A stretch of DNA of 64,000 nucleotides from Octopus sinensis (GCF_006345805.1 NC_042997.1:100936001-101000000); one strand, 5' to 3'. Counted from the stretch's first letter, positions 1 through 13,409 are shown. A program made the numbers and translations. The notes: a model not told the origin generated them from the letters alone.

Positions 1-499
1 AACTTTCATTGCTTTAAGCTCTTTTAGATAAAAATGGATTTTATGTCCATTAATTCTGATTCCTTCATAATCAAGATTTTATCCTTACTTCAATGTTTAA
101 TAGCATCATATCTTTTGATTTTGATTTAATAGAACATCATTTACTTCTTATTTATCTTTGGTGCAGTTTAAATTTACAATTTTTCTTTGTTGTATAATAA
201 AATTCTAATTGTTATTACCTGATCTTGTTTAGAGTCTGATTACACTACTCTATCAAAACTGTTCTGTAACTTAAAGCTTGAAATGACTTATGATTATGAG
301 CCTTCCATCATTTTAAAAATTTTACTGATAATTTGTTATGAAAAATAGAGGAGCTATCATCCAGACTTCACATGTAAAGGGTTTACTTGGCAATTCTTCA
401 ATGGCATGTTTATAATATGCTTCATCTAATAGTTTGTCTAATGGTGAAGGGTATGATTTTATTTATCCATTACACACCTTCATTATTTCCTTTTCTTAA

Positions 500-704
500 G
501 GCAATGAGCCAGCAGAACTGTTGGCACACTTGACAAAATGTTTAGCAACATTTCATCTGTCCTTTTGCTCTGAGCTCAAATTCCTATGAGATTGACTTTG
601 CCTTTCATCCTTTCAGGGTCAATGTAATAAGTACCAGTTAAGTACTGAGGTAGATGTAATCAACTTCCCCTCCCCTCAGAACAACAGGCCTTGTGCCAAA
701 ATTT
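500..704 (+). mobile_element. Older SINE A-related copy
   Basis: Shares gactttgcctttcatcctttc...gtaccagt. Confidence 0.75.
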
Positions 705-2020
705 CATTATTTGCTTTTCTTTGATATTTGGAGAATTTTATAATTTCTTCATTGTTATTGTCTTTTGTGCAAGCCATATACATAGAAGTATTTAGATATT
801 TTGTCTTTACAATTGTAGCATGTAGCCATTTTCAAATAGTAACGCCAATTTGTGATAGCTGGCAATATGATGTAATGTCATATTGCCAAAGAAATATGAT
901 TGTCATTTTCCCATTGGTTGATATAACTGCTCATATAGGAATTCTGAAAATTAGTTAAAGAATATTTTCATGTGATTTCAATTCTTTAAAGTCAAATTGT
1001 GCAGTTATAAAACCCTGGATTTTGGGAAAAACTTTAGTGTTTGTGGGATGTAACTAAACTCCACAACACTCAATCCTTTGAGACATTGGTCATTTTTTTA
1101 TGCCATGTCTATGAAAAATCCAACAAGACTTGTTTGAATCATTGAGATCTATATAGTTAGTATGAAGAATTAGTTAGCGTAAATTTTAGGTCGTAATTCT
1201 CTATGACAAAATTACTTTACTTCAAATATTAAAAATGCTAAATGTACATAAATAAAATAATGTAGTAATTATTTTCTCTTTCTTCACATTCTTCAACTTA
1301 TTAATGAAATGTATTTCTGTAATTATGAAACTGTATTTTTTTTATAACGGTTAAAAGAACATGAAATTATTTATATTCAACATACATGCACGCATAAATG
1401 TCCATTAGCGTTTCAGAAAGTATATTTCTCGCTATAGCATTTATGTAGCTGGAGTCAGGATTTATGTATAATGATAACACTTATAAGTAAGTTATAAGTG
1501 ATGGGTTTATCATTATATATCCCTACTTCAAAAGCTAAATATATTTATCCATTTCCAAATAGGAAACATATAAAAGTAGCATTACACTAACAGTAAACAA
1601 ACCAACCAGAAAACATCCGCTATATAAAAACTGCTGTCCGTTATACAATCATTATCTGAACAGTTTTCTCTTATATCCTAATCTCTCTATATATTAACAT
1701 ATCTAGTTTCGTTGTTCAAAACTGTGGGGGTTGTTGCACAATTTACCAACTGTTGAAGCCTTCATTTCTTTATATTATTAACCAGTGTAGATAGCTATCC
1801 ACTGTCATATCTTTTGATATATTCTGACAAGATGTAACCAACAGTCATATCAAACAGCCTACATATGCAGAGTTCAAAATTGGTATTGCTTTTCAGTATA
1901 TATTACTGGCTGGCTTGTTGGGAGATACTGCATTAAACAGCAAATGTCAAGCTTTTAATCATTTCTTTTAGTTGAAAGCCCTGAAGTCAGATAAAGTTCT
2001 GTCGTTTGTCGTCCTTTAGC

Positions 2021-2338
2021 TTTTATTTGTTTCAGTTTTGCTGGGGCACTGCCTTGATGGGTTTAGTTGAATAAATTAACCTCAGATGCTTATTATATAT
2101 GTATGTGTATCTATGTATGTGTGTGTGTCTGTGTTTATCCCCCCCCCCATCATCACTTGACAGCCCATGTTGGTTTGTTTACATCCCCATAACTTACTGG
2201 TTCAGCATAAAAAAAAACCCTGTTAGAATAAGTACTAGGCTTAAAAAATAAGTACAGGAGTTGATTCATTCGACTAAAAATTCAAGGTGATGCCCCCAGC
2301 ATGACCACAGTCTAATGACTAAAACAAGTAAAAGATAT

Positions 2339-2372
<34 letters not shown>

Positions 2373-2578
2373 ATATATATATATATATATACATATACAC
2401 ATACACACACACACACTCATATGATGGGTTCCCACACAGTTTCTGTCTACCAAATCCACTCACAAGGCATTGATCCGACTAGGGCTATACTAGAAGATAC
2501 TTGCCCAAGATGCCAAACAGTAGGACTGAACCTCAAACCACATGGCTGCAAACCTAGCTTCTTAACCACCCAACCATG
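2021..2578 (-). mobile_element. tRNA-derived SINE family C with internal microsatellite (degenerate)
   Basis: Homologous to 17783-18187. Confidence 0.7.
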
Positions 2579-3279
2579 CATGCTTTTCTAATTGCTTTAG
2601 GAATTGTACATGGAGTGGGTTTTTAATGCTCATCCATTTATTTTTCTTCACTGTTTCTTCTTAGTATTTCAATTTCATCTCTACTTCTTTTGATGTCATA
2701 ATTACATATGCGTCTTCTAGTATATATATGTGTAAAGTTGTTTAGTAAAAGCACCTATTTCTTTTTATTATTTTTTGTGCTGCTTTGTGAGCATAACATT
2801 TATCATCTTGCCATATTATGCAACTGTGTAAGAAATTATCTTGAATATTTCAGAAGGTGTCTAATCTAAATTTAAAGACACTATTAAACCATCTCTAGTT
2901 GTACAAGTTGTTAAGTTTCCTTATTCTTTTTAGAGATATATATGCAGTATTTAGGTTATGTTTATCCAAATTAGCCTGAATTAATAATAGTTACTATGTT
3001 TTTATATCTAGTTTTGCTTTATCTATTGTAATTTCCAAATTATCGATTTGAAATTATAGTTTACTACAAGGTAGTAAACTATTGCTTCTGTCTTATGTTT
3101 CTAAGTTCTCCCTGTATAACACTGTGTAACACAATTTTTGTCCTTGGGTAGCAACTGTTATTTCTTATTTGCTTACCCCTAGAAAATATGAAAAATGGCT
3201 AATATTTCTTTCAGACTTCGTTCTTGTTACATTTCTTCAAACTCCAAAGAATTCCTTTCAACACATGGCTATAATGCTT

Positions 3280-3430
3280 ACCTACTACTCCTGCTCATGA
3301 TCAGGGATGCCCATATTGTCAGCCACTGAGGGACATGTTCAAGTAGATAAGGCCAAGCAATTGACAAGCAAATCTGTGGTATTGAGCAGAATATTTGCTA
3401 CAACGATATTTCTGCTTCAGGAAATGTAAT
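3280..3430. repeat. Interspersed repeat, inverted homolog at 34050-34310
   Basis: cctgctcatga..atattgtcagccact...ggtattgagcagaatatttgcta is the reverse complement of 34170-34300. Confidence 0.7.
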
Positions 3431-5063
3431 GGAAAATAGGTCAGTGTCAAAACATTGATGTCCAAGTCGCAAAAGCAAAGCTTGAAGAGAATAGTAATTT
3501 CCTTTGATTTCTAGATAGAAGCAAATAGGAAATAACACTTACTGACCAAAAACGAAAACAAAAACAAAAAATGTAATTATATTAGTGTACTTTCATTTTG
3601 GTTTGACCCCAAGGTATTTATCTCCTTCACTTGTACCTAATTTGTTTACAGCATGCTTCATTTCACTGTCACTAACTTCATCAGCCTATATCTACTGAAT
3701 TTGCTTACAGTAAAGTTGTTTACCCCATATCACAAGTTTGGTCTGCACCTCCCAGTAGTTTATTCCATAAAAGCAGCTAGTTTTGCTCTATGTTATAAAT
3801 CTTATCTCTTTCTCTCTATTGTCATAAGTGTCACTCAATACTTCTCTGAACCTATGACCAATGAAAATCTCTTTCAACTCACAGGTCTTCCCCTTGCAAA
3901 GCGTATTTTGTCCCTGATTCAGAGTAACTCTTATTCTGAAGTTGCTAACCATTAATTTATGTTGGAAGGTACATTCTTCACGTGGGAAAGACTGAGAGAC
4001 CTAGCATTTAGAATCATCCCCCTATCTGCTTACCAGTGATAATAAAATCCATTTGGCTTGTGTGATCACTTGATTTCCAGAAGATTGTGTCGCCAATTGT
4101 GAGATTATTTACATCAGAGAATTCCAGGAATCTTGACACCTCTTCATTTCTTGTGTTGAAGTTACACCATTATGGTTTTGTTTGACATGTCCATTAAAGT
4201 CACCATTTGTGCTAATGAAGTTGTTGTTGTCAGTTACTGAAATAGTTTGTAGAAGGGCCTCATAAAAACAATCCTGTTTATCTGCCAGTCCTTAATATAA
4301 TTCATATGCAGAAATAACTATCATACCTGTTTTGCTTGTGGCTGTTCTTGTTTAATAATTCTTTCACACCCTAACTTCCTTAGTTACCTTATCTGTCCTT
4401 GTTTCTGAGAATAGAATGTCAACTCGAATTCACCTTCATTAGCTCTCAGTGGTTTTTTTTTCCTGACTTTTAATAAATGAGAAAACACTCTATGGTTTCT
4501 CTCTTTTTTTAAGGAAATATAAACATTTTGTATAAACACTGTCACATGATATTCTCTAGTGAAAAAATATTGACCACACTGACAGAACATTGAATTTAGA
4601 TATTTATTTGTATAATAGAAGATAGAAAAGAGAAGAGTATTAGAAACATTGAATTGAATTAATGTTTCCAACAATGTTTTTTTTATTCTTTTATCTTCTA
4701 TAGGAACAACATTGGCATCAACATTCTCTTATTTTCTAACCTCATGAGACTATTTACATATGTGTGGTGAAACTTATACATATATGTGTGTGTGTATGCG
4801 TACACACACACACACACAAGTGAGCAAATGAAAGTAGTACTAAACACATATATTTTGTTGCAGTCGCATTTAACAACAGATGTTTAAAGATGGAATGGAA
4901 AGTTTAACAGAAATTCAGATTCCCGTTGTTAGGCCTAAACAAACAATTGACAAGATGGATATGTGTTGCATGCCCATCAAACTTTAGACAATACAAAGCT
5001 GAGTCAAACTGTTATTAAATATAGTATAATATAACATAATATAATATAATATAATATCCCTCC

Positions 5064-5108
<45 letters not shown>

Positions 5109-5218
5109 AATTTAGGGTGAATACTTGATAAGTGTAAGCACCTGTATACGCCAGCTAGTAGCAGAGGTGAGAGGGTATATGTATCAAATGAAATCAAAAA
5201 CAGAACACAAAGGATGTC

Positions 5219-5309
5219 GCGGTACACGTGTTTCAAGCTTTATAAACAACCTATTCTTACATCAGTGAATAATAGACATAAAGGATGGTTTAAAGCCCTC
5301 TTCAGCTGC
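5219..5309 (-). ncRNA. Type I hammerhead ribozyme-like motif (left arm)
   Basis: Minus strand reads GCAG-CUGAAGA-GGGCUUUA...UAAAGCUU-GAAA-CACGUGUA/CCGC. Helix I has one mismatch. Confidence 0.65.
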
Positions 5310-6099
5310 ATGCAATTGTTATTCCAAAGAGTTACATCACACTATGAAAAATCCGAAAGGTACATTTAGTATTATCCATGATGATAGGTATATCATGTCT
5401 CCCTGAGAGAGTGTATTTGTAAAATTTCATAATTAAATAGGCGTGTAGGGTATCATTGGATTTCGAAAATCTGTCCATACTGTATCACCAGTCAACATAG
5501 AGTGAATGTTAAATAGATTTGAATGGGTTCATTCCTCTTTTAAGGGAAAGGAAATAAGAAGGAAAGAGGGAGAAAAAAAAGAAGAAAGAGAGAAAGAAAA
5601 AGTAGGGAGAGTATTGAGAGGGAAAATAGATAGAAAGAAAGAAGGTAGAAAGAAGAGAGAAAAAAATAGAGGGGAAAAAAGAGAAAGAAAGAAAAAGGGG
5701 AGAAAAAGATAATAATGTTGGGATCACAAGTAAATAAATACAAATATAAATGAATATAATAAATATAATAAATATAATAAATATAAAAAACTAGAGTAAC
5801 AAGAAAATATAAAAACGTAAAGTATAAAAAAAACGTAAATTATAAAAATGTAAAGAATAAAAATATAAAGGAAAAATAAGGAAATATAAAAAGATATAAA
5901 GTAATCATAAAAACAAGAGAATTAAAATAAAGAGATAAGATGTTAAAAGGTTTGAGGTTAAGATTTAGGTTTTGATGCTGTGGTAAGTGTCATAAATTAC
6001 TTCTTATTTCCGGTGGGGGGGGGGGGATAAAATTTGATATTGTTGTACTGAGTGGTCAGTTTACAGCCATCTGCCACTACATGCTTTAAGTTTATCATG

Positions 6100-6357
6100 T
6101 ATGTGTGTGTGTGTCTACATACTTACCCATGGGCATATATATAAACATATTTCATACAACAAATGATATGTACAGATATAGGTATCCGTACACACACACA
6201 ACCACACACATGTAAATCTTAATACACATATGTATATGTGCACACCCGTACACACATACACATACAAATGTACACATACACATACATATATATACACATA
6301 TATACATATGTACACACGCATACATACATATACATAGACACACGCACACATATACAC

Positions 6358-6388
<31 letters not shown>

Positions 6389-6600
6389 CATATAGATATA
6401 CACACATACATATAGATATACACACATACATATAGATATACACACATACACATGCATACACACACTCATATATATACACATATACGTACATATACATGCA
6501 CACACATGTACACACCCATACATATACATATACACACATATACACATACCTATATATCCCCATATATACAAGCACACACATGTATATATATGTATATATA
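6100..6600. repeat. (CA/TA)n low-complexity tract; similar tracts at 7400-7779, 46430-46480, 47808-47906 and 56680-56770
   Basis: Direct reading. Confidence 0.95.
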
Positions 6601-6747
6601 TGTTTGTCCAGGATAGGATTACACAGCCACAGCAGGAAATGTATCAGGACATGAAATGTAAAAGCCGGACTAGACTATTTTATGCGCAACTCCATTGTCT
6701 CCCAAGACAAAAAGGATGCCAACAACAACAATATATATATATATATA

Positions 6748-6896
6748 TAACGGGAAGCTTTATGAAAATAGACAAAAGACGAAGGCAGGTGGAATACAAA
6801 CGAACAATTGTATTAGTATGGCGCTCAGGAAATATAAATAAAACAAGTCTTTAACGTTTCGAGCCTATGCTCTTCAACAGAAAGATACACAGAGAA
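6748..6896 (-). mobile_element. Solo PLE pLTR fragment with minimal HHR motif (6851-6884)
   Basis: About 2 differences from the pLTR at 52351-52502. Lies between (TA)n runs. Confidence 0.85.
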
Positions 6897-6898
6897 GA

Positions 6899-6945
<47 letters not shown>

Positions 6946-7272
6946 TATACACATATATATACATACATACATATACACACACACATACACCCAAGCATGC
7001 ATACATGTAAATCCCACTATGTATAAATCTTCATACATACACACCCGTAGATTCATGTATACACACATGCAAAAACATCACATCTTCTAAGTATCTATCT
7101 TGTTTTTGAGGATTTTCGAAATCCAATGATATCCTACACGCCTATTTAATTATGAAATTTTACAAATACACTCTCTCAGGGAGACATGATATACTTATCA
7201 TTATGGATAATACTAAATGTACCTTTCAGATTTTTCATAGTGTGATGTAACTCTTTGGAATAACAATTGCAT

Positions 7273-7363
7273 GCGGCTGAAGAGAGCTTTAAACTATCCT
7301 TTATGTCTATTATTCACTGATGTAAGAATAGGTCGTTTATAAAGCTTGAAACACGTGTACCGC
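7273..7363 (+). ncRNA. Type I hammerhead ribozyme-like motif (right arm)
   Basis: GCGG (helix I), CUGAAGA core at 7277-83, helix II GAGCUUUA/UAAAGCUU with an extended stem, GAAA at 7348-51, palindromic helix III ACACGUGU, GUA cleavage triplet at 7357-59, CCGC (helix I 3' strand). Confidence 0.75.
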
Positions 7364-7466
7364 GACATCCTTTGTGTTCTGTTTTTGATTTCATTTGATA
7401 TATATATATATATATATGTATGTATATATATATATGTACATAATTGTGTATATGTATATATGCATA

Positions 7467-7504
<38 letters not shown>

Positions 7505-7779
7505 CATGTGTGTATATGTGTATATATGTGTATATGTATATATATTTGCATATGTATATATATGTCTATGTATGATTATATATGTGTATATATGTATATA
7601 TATGTATATATGTATACATGTATTTATATAAATGTATATATGTATATATATGTGTATAAATGTATATATATATATATATGTATTTGCATATATATATATA
7701 TGTGTGTGTGTGTGTGTATACATATATATGAGTACATATGTATATATATGTGTATATGTATGTATATATATATATATAT

Positions 7780-8383
7780 CATCGTTTAATGTCCACCTCC
7801 CATGCTAGCATGGGTTGGACGATTTGACTGAGGACTGGCGAACCAGATGGCTGCGCCAGGCTCAAATCAGATCTGGCAGAGTTTCTACAGCTGGATGCCC
7901 TTCTTAACGCCAACCACTCCAAGAGTGTAGTGGGTTCTTTTAAAGTGCCACCGGCACGAGCACCAGTCTGGCAGTACTGGCAATGGTTGCGTTCAAATGT
8001 TTTATTCACGTGCCACCAGCTCAAGTGCCAGTGAGGCAACGCTGACAATGATTGCGCTCAAATGGTGCTCTTTACGTGCCAGACAGCTGCTCTGGCAGTG
8101 ATCCCGCTTGGATGGAGCTGTTAGCGCTTCACTGGCATGGATGCCAGTCGTCGAATTTTGTTCAATTTCACTTGCCCCAACAGGTCTTCGCAAGCAGAGT
8201 TTAGTGTCCAGTGAAGGGAGATTAGCATGGGTGCCAGTCAACGAATTTGGTTCGATTTCAAATTCAATTTCGATTTCGATATCACTTGCCTCAACAGGTC
8301 TTCACAAGCAGAGTTTTGTGTCCAAAGAGGAAAGGTATGCATAAGTGAGCTGGCTACATCCTGGTAAAGGCCATGGGTTATGG

Positions 8384-8387
<4 letters not shown>
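7780..8387 (-). mobile_element. Retroposon family D ((GAT)n tail), with internal duplications
   Basis: ggatgcccttc.taacgccaacc motif. The same 3' end occurs in + orientation at 12661-12821. Confidence 0.75.
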
Positions 8388-8434
<47 letters not shown>

Positions 8435-8462
8435 TATATAAATATACATGTGTGGATATATA

Positions 8463-9015
8463 CAGGGTTATTCGAAAAGAAAGAGCAGATTTCAAATTTA
8501 TTTTTAAAACAAACAGTAACAGACACAAACACATTCTACATATTTCTTGATAGGGGAAGGTTTAAAGTTTAAAGCTGCACATGATCAATTGAATTAAGCT
8601 TTAAATAAAATAATATTTTAATTTCGTTTTAATGTTTTATTTTGTTCATTTTATTTAAAGTTGTATAATTTTCATTTGTGTAATCCCTTAGAAAATGGTA
8701 ACGCCACAAAAAAAGTCTTTTTGTGTGCTGCAGTTTGAGAAATGTGAATTGATTGTGCAAGTGCAATGTGAATTTCACTGCCAGTTCAATAAAAATCCAC
8801 CTCGTCACAAGCAAATTTACGAATGGCATAAAAATTTCACAGAAAATGGCTTCAATGTTTGTTGAGCAACACACTGGGCTCATGTTGAGTGCATACTACC
8901 TCAAAATAAACTTTAAACCTTCCCCTATCAAGAAATATGTAGAATGTGTTTGTGTCTCTTACTGTTTGTTTTAAAAATAAATTTAAAATCTGATCTTTCT
9001 TTTTGAATAACCCTG
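8463..9015. mobile_element. Tc1/mariner-derived non-autonomous element
   Basis: About 110-bp TIRs starting CAGGGTTATTC, TA at both ends. The interior keeps an N-terminal HTH remnant (VLQFEKCE..VQVQCEFHCQFNKNPPRHKQIYEWHKNF). Confidence 0.85.
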
Positions 9016-9482
9016 TATATGTATATATAAATATGCATATGTATAAATATATATATGTATACACACACACACACACATATATATAACTGAAGGATTAAAA
9101 TAAAAGGACATATTTAATGCAGTTTTGGCCCTTCAATTGTCTATATTATTGCTTCTGTTATTATCATTTTTAATTGTTACAATAGATAATAACAGATTTA
9201 ATAATATCTTCACAGTACTTTTATAGCAATGACACCCAGTTACAACTATCATGTTAGTACATATATTCATTGTAAACAATTGACAGTTTACATGAAATAT
9301 TTACAAATAGGAGAGAATAATCGTATAGAGGAAGAAAATGTTGATCCAATTTATTAAATGCCTGAATGAATAAAAATCATCAATAATGATGAGTTAATGG
9401 AGATTGTTTCTTTTTTTTGCTTTTTATATAATTTATTAAATTTTTTTTTATATTTACTAATTTTATTTTTTTTCACTTTTAG

Positions 9483-9629
9483 GGTTATTCAACTAAAGCT
9501 GGAGGGAAAGGGTCGCAGCTAAGCGGTGGACAGAAACAACGAATTGCCATTGCTCGTGCACTGATAAGAAATCCCAAAATACTGCTTCTGGATGAAGCAA
9601 CATCAGCTCTTGATACTGAAAGTGAAAAG
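9483..9629 (+). CDS. ABCB1: ABCB1/P-glycoprotein-like ABC transporter, penultimate coding exon (NBD2 signature and Walker B)
   Basis: 147-nt exon between tttt-AG (9481-82) and GT (9630-31). Translates [49 protein letters not shown]. The exon boundaries match those I recall for vertebrate ABCB1. The exact paralog is not resolvable. Confidence 0.95.
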
Positions 9630-9687
9630 GTATTAATCTAGTATATATATATGAATCACAGTATGTGTGTGTATAATGACTAACTGT

Positions 9688-9930
9688 CTTTTACTTGCTT
9701 CAGTTATTTGACGGTGGCCATGCTGGAGCACCACCTTTAGTTGAGCAAATTGACCCCAGGACTTATTCTTTGTGAGCCGAGTATATATTCTATCAGTCTC
9801 TTTTGCCAAACTGCTAAGTTACAGGAATGTAAACATACCAGCATCAGTTGTCAAGTGATGTTGGGGGATGAACACAGACACACAAACATATACACACACA
9901 TATACATACATACATACATATATACATACA

Positions 9931-9964
<34 letters not shown>

Positions 9965-10093
9965 CACACATATTTATATATTGGCCTGAGGCTATAGTAG
10001 AAGACACTTGCCCGAGGTGCTATGCAATGGGAATGAACCCAGAACGATGTGGCTGGTAAGCAGGCTACTTACCACATAGCCACTCATGCGCCT
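9688..10093 (-). mobile_element. tRNA-derived SINE family C in the last ABCB intron
   Basis: Minus-strand head aggcgc..gagtggctatgtggtaag (A box) and ggttcattccc (B box). Internal (TACA)n. Confidence 0.85.
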
Positions 10094-11179
10094 ATATATT
10101 TCCACAATTCTCAACTGATTTTCACCAAACTTCACACACTTATTACTTATGTCTCAAGGATGGTCATGCACTAATAACATTTTGCCCAGAGTTCCCACAT
10201 AAATGGATGCAAATGGACATATTTTTTTGTATGTAGGGTCTTCCATACTTTTTTAATCTTTTTACAAAAGTGAAAGGATTTTGTCTATTTATTTTCACTG
10301 TCCACCTGCCACAGTGATTAAATTGACTAGGAACACTACGCGATGAATATCCAATACAAAACAATCTTAATCTCCATATTTAAACTGCATTAAACATTGG
10401 CAAGCTTACCTTTACCTATTCTGAATTACTTGAAAGGTGATGTTCCCTTCCCTCTCTCCTATTTGCTGATACTTTTGTTTACCAACCAATATGTTGTTTC
10501 ACTTTAAGCATGCTTATTTACCCATCCATTATGATATTTCAACTATTGTCTGTTGTTTCAAATACATTTTAGCATTGTTGTTCCAGCATTTTTTAAACAA
10601 TCACATATGATTCATCCCAAAGAATCAACCTTTAAATAAGAGTTTTGCTTCCACTAGTGAAAGCTAACCATATCTTTCAGGAAGCTCCACACCAATTTAA
10701 TTTTATGTCGCATTCGCTGTTAGTTTATGCACAAGCTATGTGAGAAGACAGAATAAAGGGGCTTTTGTTAGCTTATCTCTCTGAAAAAATAGCTCCCGTT
10801 GCTGTTGAAAAAAATAAACTTGCAGAGGGAAAGTTTCGTCTTCCTTCAATTTCATTACTCCTGACAAGAAATTTTACTTTCATGTAAAATAATTATATTT
10901 TGTAGACATTATCTGTAATCTACTCCCAAAACACTTCAGTAGCTCTACTTTGCATCACTTGCAAACTTATATGTTCTATGATCATTAAAGAGCAACAACC
11001 TCCACAATAACCAGCCTTCAGTTTAATTTTCCATTCTTAGGCTAATCGGAAACATAGATTGCTGTGCTACTCATAAACCTTCTCAGTAGTTCAATTATTT
11101 GGCAAAAAAATATTATCAAAGCAACTTAAACTGTCCAAAGGATGGATGTGTTTGCTAGTATATATATATTTTCTTTTAA

Positions 11180-11375
11180 GGCAACAAGCTGGCAGAATTG
11201 TTAGCATGCCAGGCAAATTGCTTAGCAAAATTTTGTCCATCTGTACCTTCTGATTTCAAATTCTGCTGAGGTTGACTTTGCTTTTCATCCTTTTACAGTT
11301 GATAGAATAAACACCAGTTGAGCACTAAGTCCCTTCATCAAAACTGGTAGCCTTTTACCAAAATTTGAAACCAAT
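11180..11375 (+). mobile_element. Older SINE A-related copy
   Basis: Shares the head and core motifs. Confidence 0.75.
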
Positions 11376-11591
11376 AGACATATATTTCTCTCTTCCAATT
11401 CACCCTTTGTTTGCTTTCAACAGTAGACATCATGCAATAAGTTCCTATTTGTTGCAAAGATTTGCTTTAAAATTAGAATAAATGATATTACATACATTCT
11501 TCTATCTTTAGTATTTCACTTAATACACCTGTACTCTTTTCTGCTAATACCACATCACTGTATATAAAAAACATGGATATTGAGCATTAAA

Positions 11592-11822
11592 GGCGGCGAG
11601 CTGGCAGAATCGTTAGCACGCTGGGTGAAATGCTTAGCAGTATTTCGGCTGCCGTTACATTCTGAGTTCAAATTCCGCCGAGGTCGACTTTGCCTTTCAT
11701 CCTTTCGGAGTCGATTAAATATGTACCAGTTACGTACTGGGGTCAATATAACTGACTTAATCCGTTTGTCTGTCCTTGTTTGTCCCTTCTGTGTTTAGTC
11801 CCTTGTGGGTAGTAAAGAAATA
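11592..11822 (+). mobile_element. SINE family A (ggcggcgagctggcagaa head)
   Basis: 17-bp TSD GGATATTGAGCATTAAA. Multiple copies in the window. Confidence 0.92.
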
Positions 11823-12660
11823 GGATATTGAGCATTAAATCAATTTATATAGGAAATGGAAGATTGCTTCCAAAAATATAGTTCTAATAAATAAAGTGAT
11901 CTTGTAAGACAGATTCAAACCACCAAACTAAGGATGACATGTATATAACACCATTACACTCCTCTGCTCTACTGAGCTATAATGTTTTCAACAGGTAAAA
12001 GAAATATCTCTGACTGTTTTAGTATACCTGAAATAGCATTTATGGATAATTTTAAATCTAAAGTTAAACATGAATATACACATATACATCTGTTTGTTTG
12101 GTGTCTGTCTGTATTATGTACCCTGGTCAGCAATGTATGGTGCTCAAAAGAGGAAGGAATCCCATACATAATTAAATCGAAGAATCTTAAAATCCCGCTT
12201 GACTTGAGGACATTTCTAAAAACCAGAGAAAAGAAGTATTTAGTCAATGCCCTCATCTAAAACGTTTCTTGCTACAAACTCGGAAGTCTCTATTTGTTGA
12301 ATAGACCCGTTGCAGCTCTTTAGAACATCAACACAGCTTGAGCTGATGTAAGGGGGATAACCCAATCCTGCCTGCACCACAGATATTAATTTTTTTTTAT
12401 ATATATTTTGTTTACAAACCAACTGACCATTATGTATTTTTTCCTCTAGTTGTAGAGAGGTTCTGTGCCTTCAGCCACTTGAGTCTGACAAGTTACCTAT
12501 ACTGCTAAGTGCTTTATAGTTGTGAAACCAATGGTCACTGTATGACCGTCCATAACTTTTGATTTCCTAAAAAATATACTACTACTCTAATGCTTTAGAG
12601 TGTGCTTCTTTTTTGGAGATATGAACCACTGACCGTTTATATATATTTATATATGCACAT

Positions 12661-12821
12661 ACTCGGAGTGGTTGGCGTTAGGAAGGGCATCCAGCTGTAG
12701 AAACTCTGCCAGATCAAGATTGGAGCCTGGTGCAGCCATCTGGTTCGCCAGCCCTCAGTCAAAATCGTCCAACTCATGCTAGCATGGAAAGCGGACATTA
12801 AACGATGATGATGATGATGAT
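12661..12821 (+). mobile_element. Retroposon family D 3' end
   Basis: Reverse complement of 7780-7925, ending aaacgatgatgatg. Confidence 0.8.
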
Positions 12822-12836
12822 ACATACATACACACA

Positions 12837-12869
<33 letters not shown>

Positions 12870-13210
12870 TGCTGTGTCTAGGGAGAGTCATTATGACATT
12901 CAATGACACTTCACTCTTAGTCAATTGGTTACATATTCAACTAACTAATTAATTGCTTGTTTAATTTGGTTAACCAAATTAAACAAACAATTAGTAAGTT
13001 CTTATATCAGAAAGTTCTTATACTATATTCTTATACTAAATAATCCATTATAAATATATAATATTAATCCATTTATCTATATAGTTACATACTTGTAGGA
13101 AGAAATCTAATAAAAGATATTTATTTCTGTAATTAGTTATTTGTAAAGTATATCTATTTTGTTTATTGTTTTAACTCATTTTCACATCTTTATTTATCAA
13201 TTCCTTGTAG

Positions 13211-13405
13211 GTTGTTCAAGAAGCTCTCGATAAAGCAAGAAGTGGTCGTACCTGTTTAGTTGTTGCCCACAGGCTCTCAACGATTAAGGATTCTGACAGA
13301 ATTGCTGTAGTAGTTAATGGTAAAGTGCATGAAATTGGAACACATACTGAACTAGACAAAAAGAAAGATGTTTACTTTGATCTCTTAAACAATCAAAATC
13401 TCTAA
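13211..13405 (+). CDS. ABCB1: ABCB1-like transporter, last coding exon (H-loop and C-terminus)
   Basis: Follows the acceptor ttccttgtAG. Translates [64 protein letters not shown], in phase 0 with the previous exon. The intron is 9630-13210. Confidence 0.95.
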   Translation, partial: VVQEALDKARSGRTCLVVAHRLSTIKDSDRIAVVVNGKVHEIGTHTELDKKKDVYFDLLNNQNL

Positions 13406-13409
13406 TAAA
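13404..13409 (+). promoter_or_regulatory. Candidate poly(A) signal AATAAA overlapping the ABCB stop codon
   Basis: Sequence ctcTAATAAAattttattt, with U-rich sequence downstream. Confidence 0.35.

Larger units (their letters stand above)
5182..7400. mobile_element. Non-coding element bounded by 290-bp inverted repeats (5182-5471 and 7111-7400) of PLE pLTR type
   Basis: The arms are reverse complements with 8 mismatches in 290 nt by manual count. The outer ends abut TA. The interior is low-complexity DNA plus another pLTR fragment. Confidence 0.85.

Noticed and set aside
1-9482. Earlier ABCB exon (expected VSQEP.LF..SI.ENI.YG)
   Set aside because: Not found by eye. It is presumed to lie upstream of the window, so the intronic status of this region is inferred only.
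11969-12410. Several overlapping 60-95-aa ORFs in the last ABCB intron, possibly an RLE-LINE remnant
   Set aside because: No diagnostic motif could be identified with confidence.
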